Part shown: piece after piece, positions 19,883 to 31,079 of the stretch | How the letters are laid out: each line of letters starts with the position of its first letter | Position numbering within the stretch: the first letter of the stretch is position 1 | The notes under the pieces: model-generated | Seen by the model: the letters and a program-made list of their open reading frames with translations, nothing else | The model's database searches: none | Told to the model about the DNA's origin: nothing | Program-made: the position numbers and the translations under genes | Assembly: GCA_034530615.2 (NCBI GenBank) | Contig: JAVRCV020000034.1 | Coordinates: 1-64,000 of the forward strand | Length of the DNA: 64,000 nt | Source: Aulosira sp. ZfuVER01 | GTDB lineage: Bacteria; Cyanobacteriota; Cyanobacteriia; Cyanobacteriales; Nostocaceae | Direction of reading: 5' to 3'

Positions 19883-20701
19883 ATGACTTCTCAAAAATTT
19901 GAAATTACAATTGGTTGGTTATACCCGACGCTGATGAGTACCTATGGCGATCGCGGTAATGTAATTACTATAGAACGTCGCGCTCAATGGCGAGGATTCA
20001 ACGTTAAAGTTGTACCCCTAGATCAAAATGCTACAGCAGAAGCTATTAAATCTGTAGATTTGATTGTCGGTGGTGGCGCACAAGACCGACAACAAGAAAT
20101 TGTCATGCGTGATTTGCAAGGTGCAAAAGCCGATGCCATGCGTGAAAAAATTGAAAATGGCACACCAGGAGTATTTACCTGTGGTTCACCCCAGTTACTA
20201 GGACATTATTACGAACCCGGATTAGGACAGCGTATTGAAGGCTTGGGAATATTAGATTTAGTCTCTGTACATCCTGGTGAAAATACCAAACGCTGCATAG
20301 GTAACTTAGTAATTGAAGTTACAGCCTCTCGCCTAGCGCAAGATTTAAAAGCGATGACGGGTAGCACACCGTATTTAGTTGGCTTTGAAAATCACGGCGG
20401 ACGCACCAAGCTGGGGAAAGTGGAAGCTTTGGGAAAAGTAGTTTACGGTTTGGGCAATAATGGTGAAGATGGGACTGAAGGAGCATTTTATCAGAATGCC
20501 ATAGCCACCTATTCTCACGGCCCCCTGTTACCCAAAAATCCCTTTGTCGCAGACTGGCTAATTCAAACAGCGTTGCGGCTGAAGTATCAACAGCCAATTA
20601 CCCTAGAACCCTTAGATGATACCTTGGCAATGCAAGCACGGGAAGCGATGTTTAAGCGGTTGAAAGTAAGCTTACCAACACCTGCTGTGGCTAACGTTTA
20701 A
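19883..20701 (+). CDS. gatD: GatD/CobQ-like glutamine amidotransferase
   Basis: YGDRGN, GGGAQDRQQ, TCGSPQLLG, GFENHGG, SHGPLLPKNP; close to murT. Confidence 0.88.
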   Translation: MTSQKFEITIGWLYPTLMSTYGDRGNVITIERRAQWRGFNVKVVPLDQNATAEAIKSVDLIVGGGAQDRQQEIVMRDLQGAKADAMREKIENGTPGVFTCGSPQLLGHYYEPGLGQRIEGLGILDLVSVHPGENTKRCIGNLVIEVTASRLAQDLKAMTGSTPYLVGFENHGGRTKLGKVEALGKVVYGLGNNGEDGTEGAFYQNAIATYSHGPLLPKNPFVADWLIQTALRLKYQQPITLEPLDDTLAMQAREAMFKRLKVSLPTPAVANV

Positions 20702-20903
20702 TTAAAAGCTTACGCACCAAAAATCTTGGATGGTGCGTAAGAGAGTTTACAATTAAAAAATACCCAAATTGTACTAGGGGCAAGGCTTCCACAGACTGTC
20801 AAGAAACAGACATTTGATCGATGCCGTGCCCCTACTTTTCATGCCAAAATTCAGCAATACCTGAGTGATAATGATATATTTTCCTCAGAATCCGTAAAAA
20901 TGG

Positions 20904-21047
20904 TTGCCGTCTTTGAATTTAAGCGGCAACCAAATCACGACGATACCGGAAGTCATCACCCGCCTGCAAAACTTAACTTCGCTGTTTTTAAGGAACAACC
21001 CCATCGAACAGCCACCACTGGAAGTGGTTGAACAGCGTAATAAATAG
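20904..21047 (+). pseudogene. Leucine-rich-repeat relic, resembling the last LRRs of a Roco (LRR-ROC-COR) protein
   Basis: Reads LPSLNLSGNQITTIPEVITRLQNLTSLFLRNNPIEQPPLEVVEQ; bounded by stops at 20895-20897 and 21045-21047. Confidence 0.75.
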
Positions 21048-21190
21048 GCTCTCCATCCAATTGTGTAGATCTGATGGCGATCGCAGATGTAAAATTCTCA
21101 ACCAAATATACACAGATACACAGGTGCGATCGCATTATTGCAACAACGCACCCTACCAAAGCTATGCGATCGCATTTATGCTATTTTCAA

Positions 21191-21353
21191 CTCAAAAATC
21201 AAGTTTCTGACTCGCAAATCAAGTTTCTGATTCGCAAATTAAGTTTCTGACTCGCAAATCAAGTTTCTGACTCGCAAATTAAGTTTCTGACTCGCAAATC
21301 AAGTTTCTGACTCGCAAATTAAGTTTCTGATTCGCAAATTAAGTTTCTGATTC
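21191..21353. repeat. 20-bp tandem array (7 full units plus partials)
   Basis: AAGTTTCTGA(C/T)TCGCAAAT(C/T) repeated from 21201. Confidence 0.95.
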
Positions 21354-21617
21354 AGAATTTAGCTTCATAACTGGTAAACTTGTATATTTCCAAAAATTTC
21401 AATAAATATATGCATAATCTACCTGTTTGCTAATATATAGGCACTCATGCTTATTTTAGCTTTTATTTAAACTTTAGCTTCAACAGCCCGAATACAAAGA
21501 GCGATCGCAACCTAAAACCCAGTATAATTACCATGAAAACAATTGCTGTCAGAACTAAGCAACTAATTTCAATATAATTCCAGAGGATACTTAATGCTAA
21601 ATTGGTAAACAGTAAAG

Positions 21618-22412
21618 ATGAAGTATATAGTTGGGATAATTATATTATTAATAATGGCTGGCATAAGCATAATACTCAAAGCAGAAGTTGATAAAAAATC
21701 TCATCATTACTCCAACGCTCAACCACTTAGAGTATTATTTATTGGTAATAGTTATACATATTACAACAATCTCCCCAATTTGACGCGACAGTTAGCTTTA
21801 TCAGCCAAAGAATCTAGAAAACTAGAAACTGAAATGGTTACGGTTGGTGGAGCGACATTAGAGAAACTTTGGAATCAAGGCAAAGCATTAAGTAGGATTA
21901 GAAGTAGACAATGGGATTATGTGGTACTGCAAGAACAAAGTACTTTACCTATTACCAATCCACAGTTGATGTACGAATACGTGCGTTTATTTAACGCTGA
22001 GATTAGGCAGGCTAATGCCAAAACAGTGTTCTACTTAACTTGGGCAAGACAACATCGACCAGAAACGCAACAGGCATTAAACGATTCATACATGACAATT
22101 GCCAAGGAACTGAATGCAATCTTGGCTCCAGTAGGGATAGTTTGGCAGCAAATTCAACAAGAAAATTCAAATCTCAGTCTTTATAATCCAGATAAAAGTC
22201 ACCCCAGTTCAATTGGTTCGTATGTGGCAGCGTGTGTCTTCTATGCAATATTTTATGGTAATAGTCCAGAAGGATTAAGCTATAAAAACGGTAACAATAA
22301 ATTGAGTAATTTAGTAAAAAATAGCAGTGGTGAGTTAGAAAGCTTAAAAGCAGCAGATATTGAATTGATTCAAAGATTGTCTTGGGATGTTGTGAGGAAA
22401 TTTGTTAGGTAA
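21618..22412 (+). CDS. Exported SGNH/GDSL-family hydrolase
   Basis: N-terminal TM, LFIGNSYT, WDYVVLQEQS, DKSHP. Confidence 0.85.
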   Translation: MKYIVGIIILLIMAGISIILKAEVDKKSHHYSNAQPLRVLFIGNSYTYYNNLPNLTRQLALSAKESRKLETEMVTVGGATLEKLWNQGKALSRIRSRQWDYVVLQEQSTLPITNPQLMYEYVRLFNAEIRQANAKTVFYLTWARQHRPETQQALNDSYMTIAKELNAILAPVGIVWQQIQQENSNLSLYNPDKSHPSSIGSYVAACVFYAIFYGNSPEGLSYKNGNNKLSNLVKNSSGELESLKAADIELIQRLSWDVVRKFVR

Positions 22413-22736
22413 AAATTATTTTAAATTTGCCTATCTACTTGATGTAATTTCCAGCAATAACAATAAAAATAACCTATATATGTAATGCGAAACTAAAGGC
22501 TCTCCACCTTGAATCTGTCTTTAGGCATTGGCCTGTGACAATGAATTAGCCTTCCTTAAGTAGGATTAAATGCCTAATAATTGCTGTCCCTGAGGCAGAA
22601 GATTTTGAAGTATAGAACAACTATATTTTTGCTTAATTATGGTCAGCATAGCCAACGTGTGATGTTTCTTGTATCGCTGTGGCTCTATGTACTTTCTTCA
22701 CTTCTGCCAGGTTAAGTAGTTAGGAGACTCTAAGTT

Positions 22737-23594
22737 ATGCGTTGGGAATTTGGGCGTAGAAGCACCAATGTAGAAGACAGGCGCGGAACTCGAATTTCGG
22801 CCCCTGTAGTCGGAGGTGGTATTGGAGCAGTAATTCTGTCGTTGATAGTTGCGTTTTTGGGTGGCGATCCCAGTGTAATTTGGGATCAAACACAAACTCC
22901 AAGCGATCGCCCTGACTCCCAATCTCCTCAAACCCAACGTTCAGCGACAAGCGATCGCATGGCTGATTTTGTTTCGGTTGTCCTAGCTGATACGGAAGAT
23001 ACGTGGCGCAGTATATTTCAGCAACAAGGAAGAACTTATCGGGAACCAACTTTAGTTCTGTTTACGGATGCAGTGGAGTCTGCTTGTGGTTTTACGCGAT
23101 CGGCTGTAGGCCCATTTTATTGCCCTAGCGATCAAAAGCTCTATATCGACTTAAGCTTTTATCAGGATTTGAAAAATCGCTACAAAGCACCAGGCGATTT
23201 TGCCCAAGCTTATGTGATTGCTCATGAAGTTGGGCATCACGTTCAAAATCTTATGGGTATTTCCGATCGCGTGCAGGGATTGCAGCGTCAAGCCGATAGA
23301 GTAGAAGCCAATCAACTTTCAGTCCGACAAGAGTTACAAGCAGATTGTTTCGCTGGCGTTTGGGCATATCATGCCGATCGTTCGCGACAAATTATAGAAG
23401 CCGGCGATATTGACGAAGCATTAAATGCTGCCAGCAGTATTGGAGACGATCGCTTGCAAAGTCAAGCAAAAGGATATGCAATTCCTGAGTCTTTTACCCA
23501 TGGGAGTTCAGCCCAAAGAGTCCGCTGGTTCCAAAAAGGAATTCAAACGGGTAATCCTGCACAATGCAATACTTTTGCAGTGGCAAATCCTTAA
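22737..23594 (+). CDS. Neutral zinc metallopeptidase (YpfJ-like)
   Basis: NVEDRRG, GPFYCP, AHEVGHHVQ, ELQADCFAG, FTHGSSAQR. Confidence 0.9.
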   Translation: MRWEFGRRSTNVEDRRGTRISAPVVGGGIGAVILSLIVAFLGGDPSVIWDQTQTPSDRPDSQSPQTQRSATSDRMADFVSVVLADTEDTWRSIFQQQGRTYREPTLVLFTDAVESACGFTRSAVGPFYCPSDQKLYIDLSFYQDLKNRYKAPGDFAQAYVIAHEVGHHVQNLMGISDRVQGLQRQADRVEANQLSVRQELQADCFAGVWAYHADRSRQIIEAGDIDEALNAASSIGDDRLQSQAKGYAIPESFTHGSSAQRVRWFQKGIQTGNPAQCNTFAVANP

Positions 23595-23868
23595 AATTTC
23601 ACCATTAAGCTTTTCATCAGAATGTGTAAAGATTATTTAGGAAATAGGTGTTAAAATTCTTACTTTACTACTGAAGGTATAGAGAAATATCTCTATTTAT
23701 GCAACGCTTTTGTTGCTCAACTTTAATATGGTTAGAACCTCAGTAACAATTTTTTGATAGAGTGATGCTTTGTCGAACCTCTTCATCTCGTAAACATTAA
23801 TGTATCTAGTTTTGCTGTTTTAGTGAAATAAATTGTGTCTATGGGAATACTAAGTCCGGTACTTAGGA

Positions 23869-26800
23869 TTGGACACTATGCTCAATATTCCCGGATACAA
23901 GATTGGTGAAGAACTCTACAATGGCTCTAGAACATTGGTTTATCGGGCTATTCGAGAAACTGACTCATTACCTGTAGTCATTAAACTGCTGAAAAATCAG
24001 TATCCTAGTTTTAGTGAACTGTTATCTTTTTGCAATCAGTACAGTATTGCGAAAAATTTCAACTCACCTCTAATTATTCAAACCTACCGCCTCGAAGCAT
24101 ACCAAAATGCTTATGCGCTCATAATGGAAGACTTCGGTGGAATTTCTCTTCTAAAATGGAAAGCTAATGGTAGGGAAAAATTTCTACAGGAGTTTTTAGA
24201 AATTGCGATCGCTCTGTGCAAAACTCTTGATATATTATACCACGAATGCATCATTCATAAAGATATTAAACCCAGCAATATATTAATTAATCCCGAAACC
24301 AAACAAGTTAAATTAATTGATTTTAGTATTGCATCTTTATTACCGCGAGAAACCCCAGCGATAGTTAATCCTAATGTATTAGAAGGGACACTTGCTTACA
24401 TATCTCCAGAACAAACAGGCAGAATGAATCGCGGGATTGATTACCGTACTGATTTTTATTCTTTGGGTGTGACTTTCTATGAATTACTCACAGGAGAATT
24501 ACCATTTCAATCAAATGATGCGATGGAATTAGTGCATTGTCATATTGCTAAAAAACCACCTGCATTCAAGAATTGTCAAGAAATTCCCCAGGTAATCTCA
24601 GATATTGTCATGAAGTTGATGGCAAAAAATGCTGAAGACAGATATCAAAGTGCCTTGGGACTAAAATACGATTTAGAGAAATGTTTATCCCAACTTCAAG
24701 AAACTGGTTCGATTGAAAATTTTGAAATTGGACAACGAGATGTATGCGATCGCTTCATTATTCCCGATCAGCTTTATGGCAGAGAAGCTGAAGTATCAAC
24801 GCTACTGCAAGCATTTGAGCGAGTAAGCCTTGGTGCAACAGAAATGATGCTGGTTGCTGGGTTATCTGGAATTGGAAAAACAGCAGTTGTCAATGAAGTT
24901 CATAAACCAATTGTCAGACAACGCGGTTATTTTATCAAAGGTAAATACGACCAATTCCAACGTAATATTCCTTTTTCAGCTTTTGTGCAAGTATTCCGCG
25001 ACTTTATAGGTCAACTATTAACTGAAAGTGACGCACAAATTCAACAATGGAAATATAAAATATTAGAGGCTGTAGGAGAAAATGGAGGGGTAATTATTGA
25101 AGTTATCCCCGAATTAGAAATAATTATTGGCGCACAGCCCCCTGCTATAGAATTAACAGGAACAGCAGCGCAAAATAGATTTAATTTTTTATTTAAAAAA
25201 TTCACTCAAGTATTTACTACTGCTGAACATCCACTAGTGATATTTTTAGATGACTTGCAATGGGCAGATTCAGCATCATTAAACTTAATTCAGCTTTTAA
25301 TGTCTGATACTGGTTATCTTTTTTTAATTGGAGCGTACCGTAACAACGAAGTCAAACCAGCAGATCCGTTAATGTTGACTTTAAATGAAATTCAAAAAGC
25401 TCAATCAACAATTAACACCATTACTTTAACGCCACTTAATCAAGTAGAAGTAAATCAGTTAGTGGCTGACACACTTAAATGTGCAGAAGATTTGGCATGG
25501 AATCTTTCTATATCTATCTATCAAAAAACGCAGGGTAATCCGTTTTTTGCAACACAGTTTCTTAAATCATTACATCAAGGAAATTTCATTCAATTTGATT
25601 TTGCCTTAGGTTGTTGGCAATGTGATATTACCCAAGTAAATCAACTGGCATTGACAGATGATGTGGTTGCTTTTATGGCATGGCAATTACAAAGAATGCC
25701 CCAATCAACTCAAAATGTATTGCAATTAGCAGCTTGTATTGGCAACTCTTTTGATTTAGCAACATTGACAATTGTTTCTCAGCAGTCAGAGATAGAAACT
25801 GCTACTGATTTATGGAAAGCATTGCAAGAAGGATTAATTTTACCAATTAGTGAAGTTTATAAATTTTATCACGCAAACGAGCGCGATCGCTTGGAACAAT
25901 TGACGCTACAAGAAAGCAATACTAAACAAATAGCAAAATATAAATTTTTACATGACAGAGTACAGCAAGCTGCCTACTCGCTGATTCCCGAAGAGCGAAA
26001 ACAAGCAACTCATCTGCAAATTGGAAAATTACTCCAGCACAATCTATCCGCAATAGAACAAGAGGAAAAACTGTTTGATATTGCCCTGCATTTGAATAAA
26101 GGAATTAAGTTAATCGCTGAATCGAGAGAACGGGAAACCTTAGCTAAACTTAACTTAAAAGCAGGAGTTAAGGCGAGAAATTCTACAGCATATTCGGCAG
26201 CAAGAACATATTTTCAAACTGGACTGGAGCTACTACCAGAAAATTGTTGGATTCATCAATATGAATTGGCTTTAAATCTGCATATTGCCGCAGCTGAAGC
26301 TAGTTATTTGAATAGTGACTTTGAGAGCATGGAACAGATAGCAACAATAGTATTGCTATCGGCTCGCCCAATTTTAGATAAAGTTAAAATTTATGAAATT
26401 CAAATTGCAGCGCAAGTTTTACAAAGTAACGTGCTAGAAGCGATCGCTGTTGGCAGAAAAGCATTAGCACAATTGGGGGTTGAACTACCAAAAGAACCTG
26501 ACCCAGCTTTGATTGGCGAAATGCTACAAAACCTGACCACCCAACTTGCAGGTAGACAAATTGCAGACTTGATCGATCTGCCATTAATGACCGATCCCAC
26601 CACAGAAGCAGCAATGGAAGTGTTGGGAATGTTGTTTTCACCTATTATCCAAGGAATGCCAGGTTTATTACCTTGGCTGAGTTCGATGATGGTGAGTTTA
26701 TCTCTGCGATCGGGCAATACTGTGGCATCAACAACTGGATATGGTATTCACGGTATGGTATTGTGTGGTTTCTTAGAAGACCCTGCCACAGGCTATGCTT

Positions 26801-29703
26801 TTGGTCAATTAGCTCTGAATTTACTGGAAAAATTTCATATCCAAAAGAATAAATCCGGTGTCCTTTCTTTGTTCGGCTGCTTTATTCAACATTACCAAGA
26901 GCGATTAGATGCCACAATTCCGCTACTTTTAAAAGCCTACCAAACTGGCATCGAAACCGGAGATTTTTTACACGCTGGTTTTGCTCTTGGTGGTCACAGT
27001 GATGGCAGGTTTTTCAGTGGTGAAGAACTGAATAGTTTTATTCAAGTCATGGCTGATTATAGTCTGGCATTGGCTCAGGTGAAACAATATTCTGCTCAAG
27101 TATATCTGAATCTGGGAAAACAAGCGGCAGAAAACTTGGTAGAGCCACTCAGCCAACCAGATTGCTTGATTGGCAATACCTACAATGAAACTTTGATGCT
27201 AACTAAGCACCAGCAAGATAATGACTTCATAGCGATCGCCCAAGCTTATATCTACAAACTGCTACTTGCTTGCTATTTTGCTAATTATACAGATGCACGC
27301 AATTATATAGCCCAAGCCCAGCCGTGTTTAATGGCAGTATCAGGCTCGATTTTTGTTCCCATTTTCCATTTTTATGCCGCGCTAACTTATCTAGGGCTTT
27401 TCCCCACTCAGTCAGAGTCGGAGCAAGCCGAACTGCTTGCTATTGCTGCCACTCATCAAACAATTCTGCATCAGTGGGCGCAATATGCGCCGATGAACCA
27501 CTTGCATAAATGGTATCTAGTAGAGGCTGAACGTCATCGAGTTTTAGGTGAAAAATTTGCAGCCAGTGAGTGTTATGACCAAGCGATAAATCTGGCTAAA
27601 GAACATCAATTTATCAACGAAGAAGCCCTTGCTAACGAATTAGCAGCCAAGTTTTATCTGGAATGGGATAAACAGCGCATTGCCGAAGAATACGCGATCA
27701 AAGCCTACTATAACTATGCTCGTTGGGGTGCAAAAGCCAAAGTTGCCGACTTGGAAAGACGTTACCCGCAACTTTTAGCAGCCATTTTGCAGTCAACTCG
27801 CCCTCACCTCTCGCTTCAGGAAACCCTCATTGTCGGGGAAACCTTCACCTCTACAAGTTCTTCTTCGCACCGGATCTTTAACGCCTTTGACTTAGCTGCT
27901 ATTCTCAAAGCGACTCATGCTATCTCTGGCGAAATTGAACTAGAAAAACTGCTGTCATTGTTGCTTTCGATCGTCATTGAAAATGTGGGGGCTGATAAAT
28001 GTGCGTTCATGATGTTGCGAGACGAACGCTTGTTAATCAAAGGGTTAGTTACCGTAGGAATGGAACCTGTGATTTTGCAGCGTCTTCCCATTGAAGATAG
28101 CCAGGATATTCCCCTGAAGCTAATCTACAAAGTCAAGCACAATCGGCAAACTGTTGTGCTGTTTGATGCTAGTGCCGATTTGACTTTAGCAAATGACCCG
28201 TATATCGTGCGTCAACAGCCAAAAAGTATCTTGTGCAGCCCAATTTTACATCAAGGTAAATTGCTGGGTATTTTGTATCTCGAGAATAACTTAGCAACAG
28301 GAGCCTTTACTAGCGATCGCGTTGAACTGCTGAACTTAATTTGCACTCAAGCGGCAATTTCTCTAGAAAATGCCCGACTTTATCAAAAGTCTCAAGAATA
28401 TACGCAACAGTTAGCACAATCTCTCGCAAAATTGCAGGCTAGTGAAAATCGCTTCCAAAATTTGGCAAATAATATTCCTGGTATGGTTTACCAATTCCGT
28501 TTGGCAGCTGACGGTTCAACTTCAACACCTTATGTTAGCTCTGGCTGTTTCGACTTGTATGAGTTAGAGCCAGAGTTGGTGATGGCTGGTGTACATAGCC
28601 TTAATGCCATGCATCATCCTGATGATGACCTAAATGTTATCCAAGCAACGATCGAATCTGCCCAAAATTTAACACCATTTGAGCAAGAATGGCGTATTAT
28701 TCTGTCTTCGGGAAATGTGAAATGGGTGTGCTCTGCTGCTAGGCCAGAGCGACAAGCTGATGGCGCAATTTTATGGGATGGGGTGGTAATTGATATTAGC
28801 GATCGCAAAAAAGCAGAACTTGCCTTGCAACAACAATCACTTGACCTAGAGCAAGCCCTAACAGATCTACGAAACGCCCATTTACAAATCGTTCAAAGTG
28901 AAAAAATGTCTGCATTGGGCAACTTAGTTGCTGGAGTAGCTCACGAAATGAATAATCCTTTGGGCTTTATTTCTGCTACTCTCAAACAGACTAAACCAAA
29001 TTTTGCCGATCTAACTGAACACTTAAAACTCTATCATAAAATGATAGAAAATCCCGGAGATGAGATTCTAGATCATGCCGAAGAAATTGACTTAGATTAT
29101 CTCTTAGAAGACTTACCTAAGACTATAGATGCGATGGTTATGGCGTGCGACAGACTGAAAAATATTAGTACTAGTCTTCGTACCTTTTCCCGCGCCGATA
29201 AAGATTACAAAGTACCATTTAATATTCATCAAGGCATCGATAGCACCATTCTTATCCTTAAACATCGTCTTAAAGCTAATGAACAACGCCCAGCAATTGA
29301 AGTCATCACTCAGTATGGTGATTTACCCCAGATTGAATGTTTTTCCGGACAATTAAATCAAGTATTCATGAATATTTTGGCTAATGCGATTGATGCTTTA
29401 GAAGAAGCAAATATTGGTAAGGGCTTTACAGAAATCCAAGCCCAGCCTAACTGCATCACAATTACAACTTCATTAATAAATAAAATTGTGAGAATTGCCA
29501 TTGCTGATAATGCTCAAGGTATGAATGCAGAAATTCAACAAAAAATATTCGAGCATTTATTTACAACTAAAGCTGTGGGAAAAGGAACTGGATTAGGATT
29601 GGCGATCGCTCGGCAAATTGTGGAAGAAATCCACGGCGGTAAATTGACTTGTAACTCTGTTTTGGGCACAGGTACAGAGTTTATTATTGAAATTCCAATG
29701 TAA
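23869..29703 (+). CDS. Ser/Thr kinase - AAA ATPase - GAF - PAS - histidine kinase (HstK-type), paralogue of 9807-15578
   Basis: Same domain motifs; ATG at 23878 is an alternative start. Confidence 0.93.
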   Translation: MDTMLNIPGYKIGEELYNGSRTLVYRAIRETDSLPVVIKLLKNQYPSFSELLSFCNQYSIAKNFNSPLIIQTYRLEAYQNAYALIMEDFGGISLLKWKANGREKFLQEFLEIAIALCKTLDILYHECIIHKDIKPSNILINPETKQVKLIDFSIASLLPRETPAIVNPNVLEGTLAYISPEQTGRMNRGIDYRTDFYSLGVTFYELLTGELPFQSNDAMELVHCHIAKKPPAFKNCQEIPQVISDIVMKLMAKNAEDRYQSALGLKYDLEKCLSQLQETGSIENFEIGQRDVCDRFIIPDQLYGREAEVSTLLQAFERVSLGATEMMLVAGLSGIGKTAVVNEVHKPIVRQRGYFIKGKYDQFQRNIPFSAFVQVFRDFIGQLLTESDAQIQQWKYKILEAVGENGGVIIEVIPELEIIIGAQPPAIELTGTAAQNRFNFLFKKFTQVFTTAEHPLVIFLDDLQWADSASLNLIQLLMSDTGYLFLIGAYRNNEVKPADPLMLTLNEIQKAQSTINTITLTPLNQVEVNQLVADTLKCAEDLAWNLSISIYQKTQGNPFFATQFLKSLHQGNFIQFDFALGCWQCDITQVNQLALTDDVVAFMAWQLQRMPQSTQNVLQLAACIGNSFDLATLTIVSQQSEIETATDLWKALQEGLILPISEVYKFYHANERDRLEQLTLQESNTKQIAKYKFLHDRVQQAAYSLIPEERKQATHLQIGKLLQHNLSAIEQEEKLFDIALHLNKGIKLIAESRERETLAKLNLKAGVKARNSTAYSAARTYFQTGLELLPENCWIHQYELALNLHIAAAEASYLNSDFESMEQIATIVLLSARPILDKVKIYEIQIAAQVLQSNVLEAIAVGRKALAQLGVELPKEPDPALIGEMLQNLTTQLAGRQIADLIDLPLMTDPTTEAAMEVLGMLFSPIIQGMPGLLPWLSSMMVSLSLRSGNTVASTTGYGIHGMVLCGFLEDPATGYAFGQLALNLLEKFHIQKNKSGVLSLFGCFIQHYQERLDATIPLLLKAYQTGIETGDFLHAGFALGGHSDGRFFSGEELNSFIQVMADYSLALAQVKQYSAQVYLNLGKQAAENLVEPLSQPDCLIGNTYNETLMLTKHQQDNDFIAIAQAYIYKLLLACYFANYTDARNYIAQAQPCLMAVSGSIFVPIFHFYAALTYLGLFPTQSESEQAELLAIAATHQTILHQWAQYAPMNHLHKWYLVEAERHRVLGEKFAASECYDQAINLAKEHQFINEEALANELAAKFYLEWDKQRIAEEYAIKAYYNYARWGAKAKVADLERRYPQLLAAILQSTRPHLSLQETLIVGETFTSTSSSSHRIFNAFDLAAILKATHAISGEIELEKLLSLLLSIVIENVGADKCAFMMLRDERLLIKGLVTVGMEPVILQRLPIEDSQDIPLKLIYKVKHNRQTVVLFDASADLTLANDPYIVRQQPKSILCSPILHQGKLLGILYLENNLATGAFTSDRVELLNLICTQAAISLENARLYQKSQEYTQQLAQSLAKLQASENRFQNLANNIPGMVYQFRLAADGSTSTPYVSSGCFDLYELEPELVMAGVHSLNAMHHPDDDLNVIQATIESAQNLTPFEQEWRIILSSGNVKWVCSAARPERQADGAILWDGVVIDISDRKKAELALQQQSLDLEQALTDLRNAHLQIVQSEKMSALGNLVAGVAHEMNNPLGFISATLKQTKPNFADLTEHLKLYHKMIENPGDEILDHAEEIDLDYLLEDLPKTIDAMVMACDRLKNISTSLRTFSRADKDYKVPFNIHQGIDSTILILKHRLKANEQRPAIEVITQYGDLPQIECFSGQLNQVFMNILANAIDALEEANIGKGFTEIQAQPNCITITTSLINKIVRIAIADNAQGMNAEIQQKIFEHLFTTKAVGKGTGLGLAIARQIVEEIHGGKLTCNSVLGTGTEFIIEIPM

Positions 29704-29944
29704 GCTTGAAAATTTCGCAGTCCTGATAACTCTTGTGAAACCTAATACCAATTCACGAAAATTATGCTACAGATAGATTTTTCGTATGGGTTTAGCATTG
29801 CTAAACCCTCTATCATGTATTTGGATCATTCTTAAAGTGAAATAGTATAACTTGTTTCATTAAGTTTTTATTCTACTGGACTGGTTCTTTAGTCCCTAAC
29901 AATATAAATCACCGCCCTCTCTGGACAAAGGACGGCTACTAATT

Positions 29945-30175
29945 GAAGAAGGCAGAGGGCAGAAGGTATTGTAAGATCGGGGATTCAGACCCCTCCTAAA
30001 CAAGAGCCACCAAATTTTCAATTTGGTGGGGGTCTTAAACCCTTACTCTCTACGGTCGTGGCAGAGGGCTGGAATCAGAATTTCCTTCTGCCCTTCGGGT
30101 TCGTCAGTCGCTCATAGGGGAAACCCCCAAGACCGCGCTGACTCACCTTCTGCCTCCTTCCCTCTGCCTTTCTTG
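29945..30175. repeat. Heptamer-bounded composite repeat containing an empty copy (30091-30144) of the 16412 element
   Basis: AAGGCAGAGGG..CCCTCTGCCTT inverted ends, internal palindromes. Confidence 0.6.
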
Positions 30176-30443
30176 ATAACTGTTAAAAAATGATTGCGAC
30201 AGATGGATTCAGTAAACTCGGACACAGAAGGCAATTTCCAACCTAAAATCCAAAATCTAAAAAGCTATTACTTGGCCAATTCTTCACTTAAATAGTCAGT
30301 GCAATATACTCACCTTTGTTTTCTTTAGCGGAAACATTTGTGAGTTGCTTTAAATTTTATTGTAGTATTTGCCGTTATTTCGTATCTGATACCAACCAAT
30401 ATAGAGGTAGTTGCCAACCCTGTTAACCACTATAGTTTTGCTT

Positions 30444-31079
30444 TTAATGCATTTCGTCGTATTCTGGCGCTTCCACCCGTCTGGTTTCCATCCGAGGGGG
30501 TAACAACTCTGTACGACGTATTGGAACTAAAGGCTGTGTAGGGCCTTGGTAAGGATGAATCACTTGTACAGTGCGGGTAGTACGCTGTTTTGGTGAAAAT
30601 AAAGCCAAAACTCCAGCTACGACAACACCGCCACCAATTGTTAAAGTCATACCTCCAACTGCCCAAACTATCGGTGAAGACCACCAAGGGGTTTGAGGTT
30701 GCAAAGCGGCTTTCTGGTTATTCTGTTGCGCAAACATTTGTTGTTGCTGCTGGTTATAACTTTGGAATTGCCACTGAAGTTGTTGATTTTGCGCTCTCAA
30801 CTGCTCGTTATCGGTTTTTAAACGCGCCAACTCCGACTTTACAGATTCGATATCCGCTAATCGCTCAGTATTGGGAGCCGTCGGTGGCTGATTATTGGGA
30901 TACAGCGGTTGTTGATAGGGATATTGGGGCGGCATCATTTGTGGTTGTTGTACCACAGCAGGCATCTGCGGGGTGACAGCAAAGTTAGGCTGCATAGAAT
31001 TACCTGCCCCTTTGAGCAATAAGAGAGCCGCCAGTCCTGCTACGGCGACTCCGCCGATAAACGCCATACTCTCACTCAT
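30444..31079 (-). CDS. patN: Heterocyst patterning membrane protein PatN
   Basis: Two hydrophobic segments, Q/P-rich region and coiled coil; lies downstream of trpA as I recall for Nostoc/Anabaena. Confidence 0.7.
   Translation of the reverse strand: MSESMAFIGGVAVAGLAALLLLKGAGNSMQPNFAVTPQMPAVVQQPQMMPPQYPYQQPLYPNNQPPTAPNTERLADIESVKSELARLKTDNEQLRAQNQQLQWQFQSYNQQQQQMFAQQNNQKAALQPQTPWWSSPIVWAVGGMTLTIGGGVVVAGVLALFSPKQRTTRTVQVIHPYQGPTQPLVPIRRTELLPPRMETRRVEAPEYDEMH

Noticed and set aside
22521..22577. TTAGGCATT…AATGCCTAA inverted repeat as a structured ncRNA
   Set aside because: Only a 9-bp stem in AT-rich DNA with no other support.
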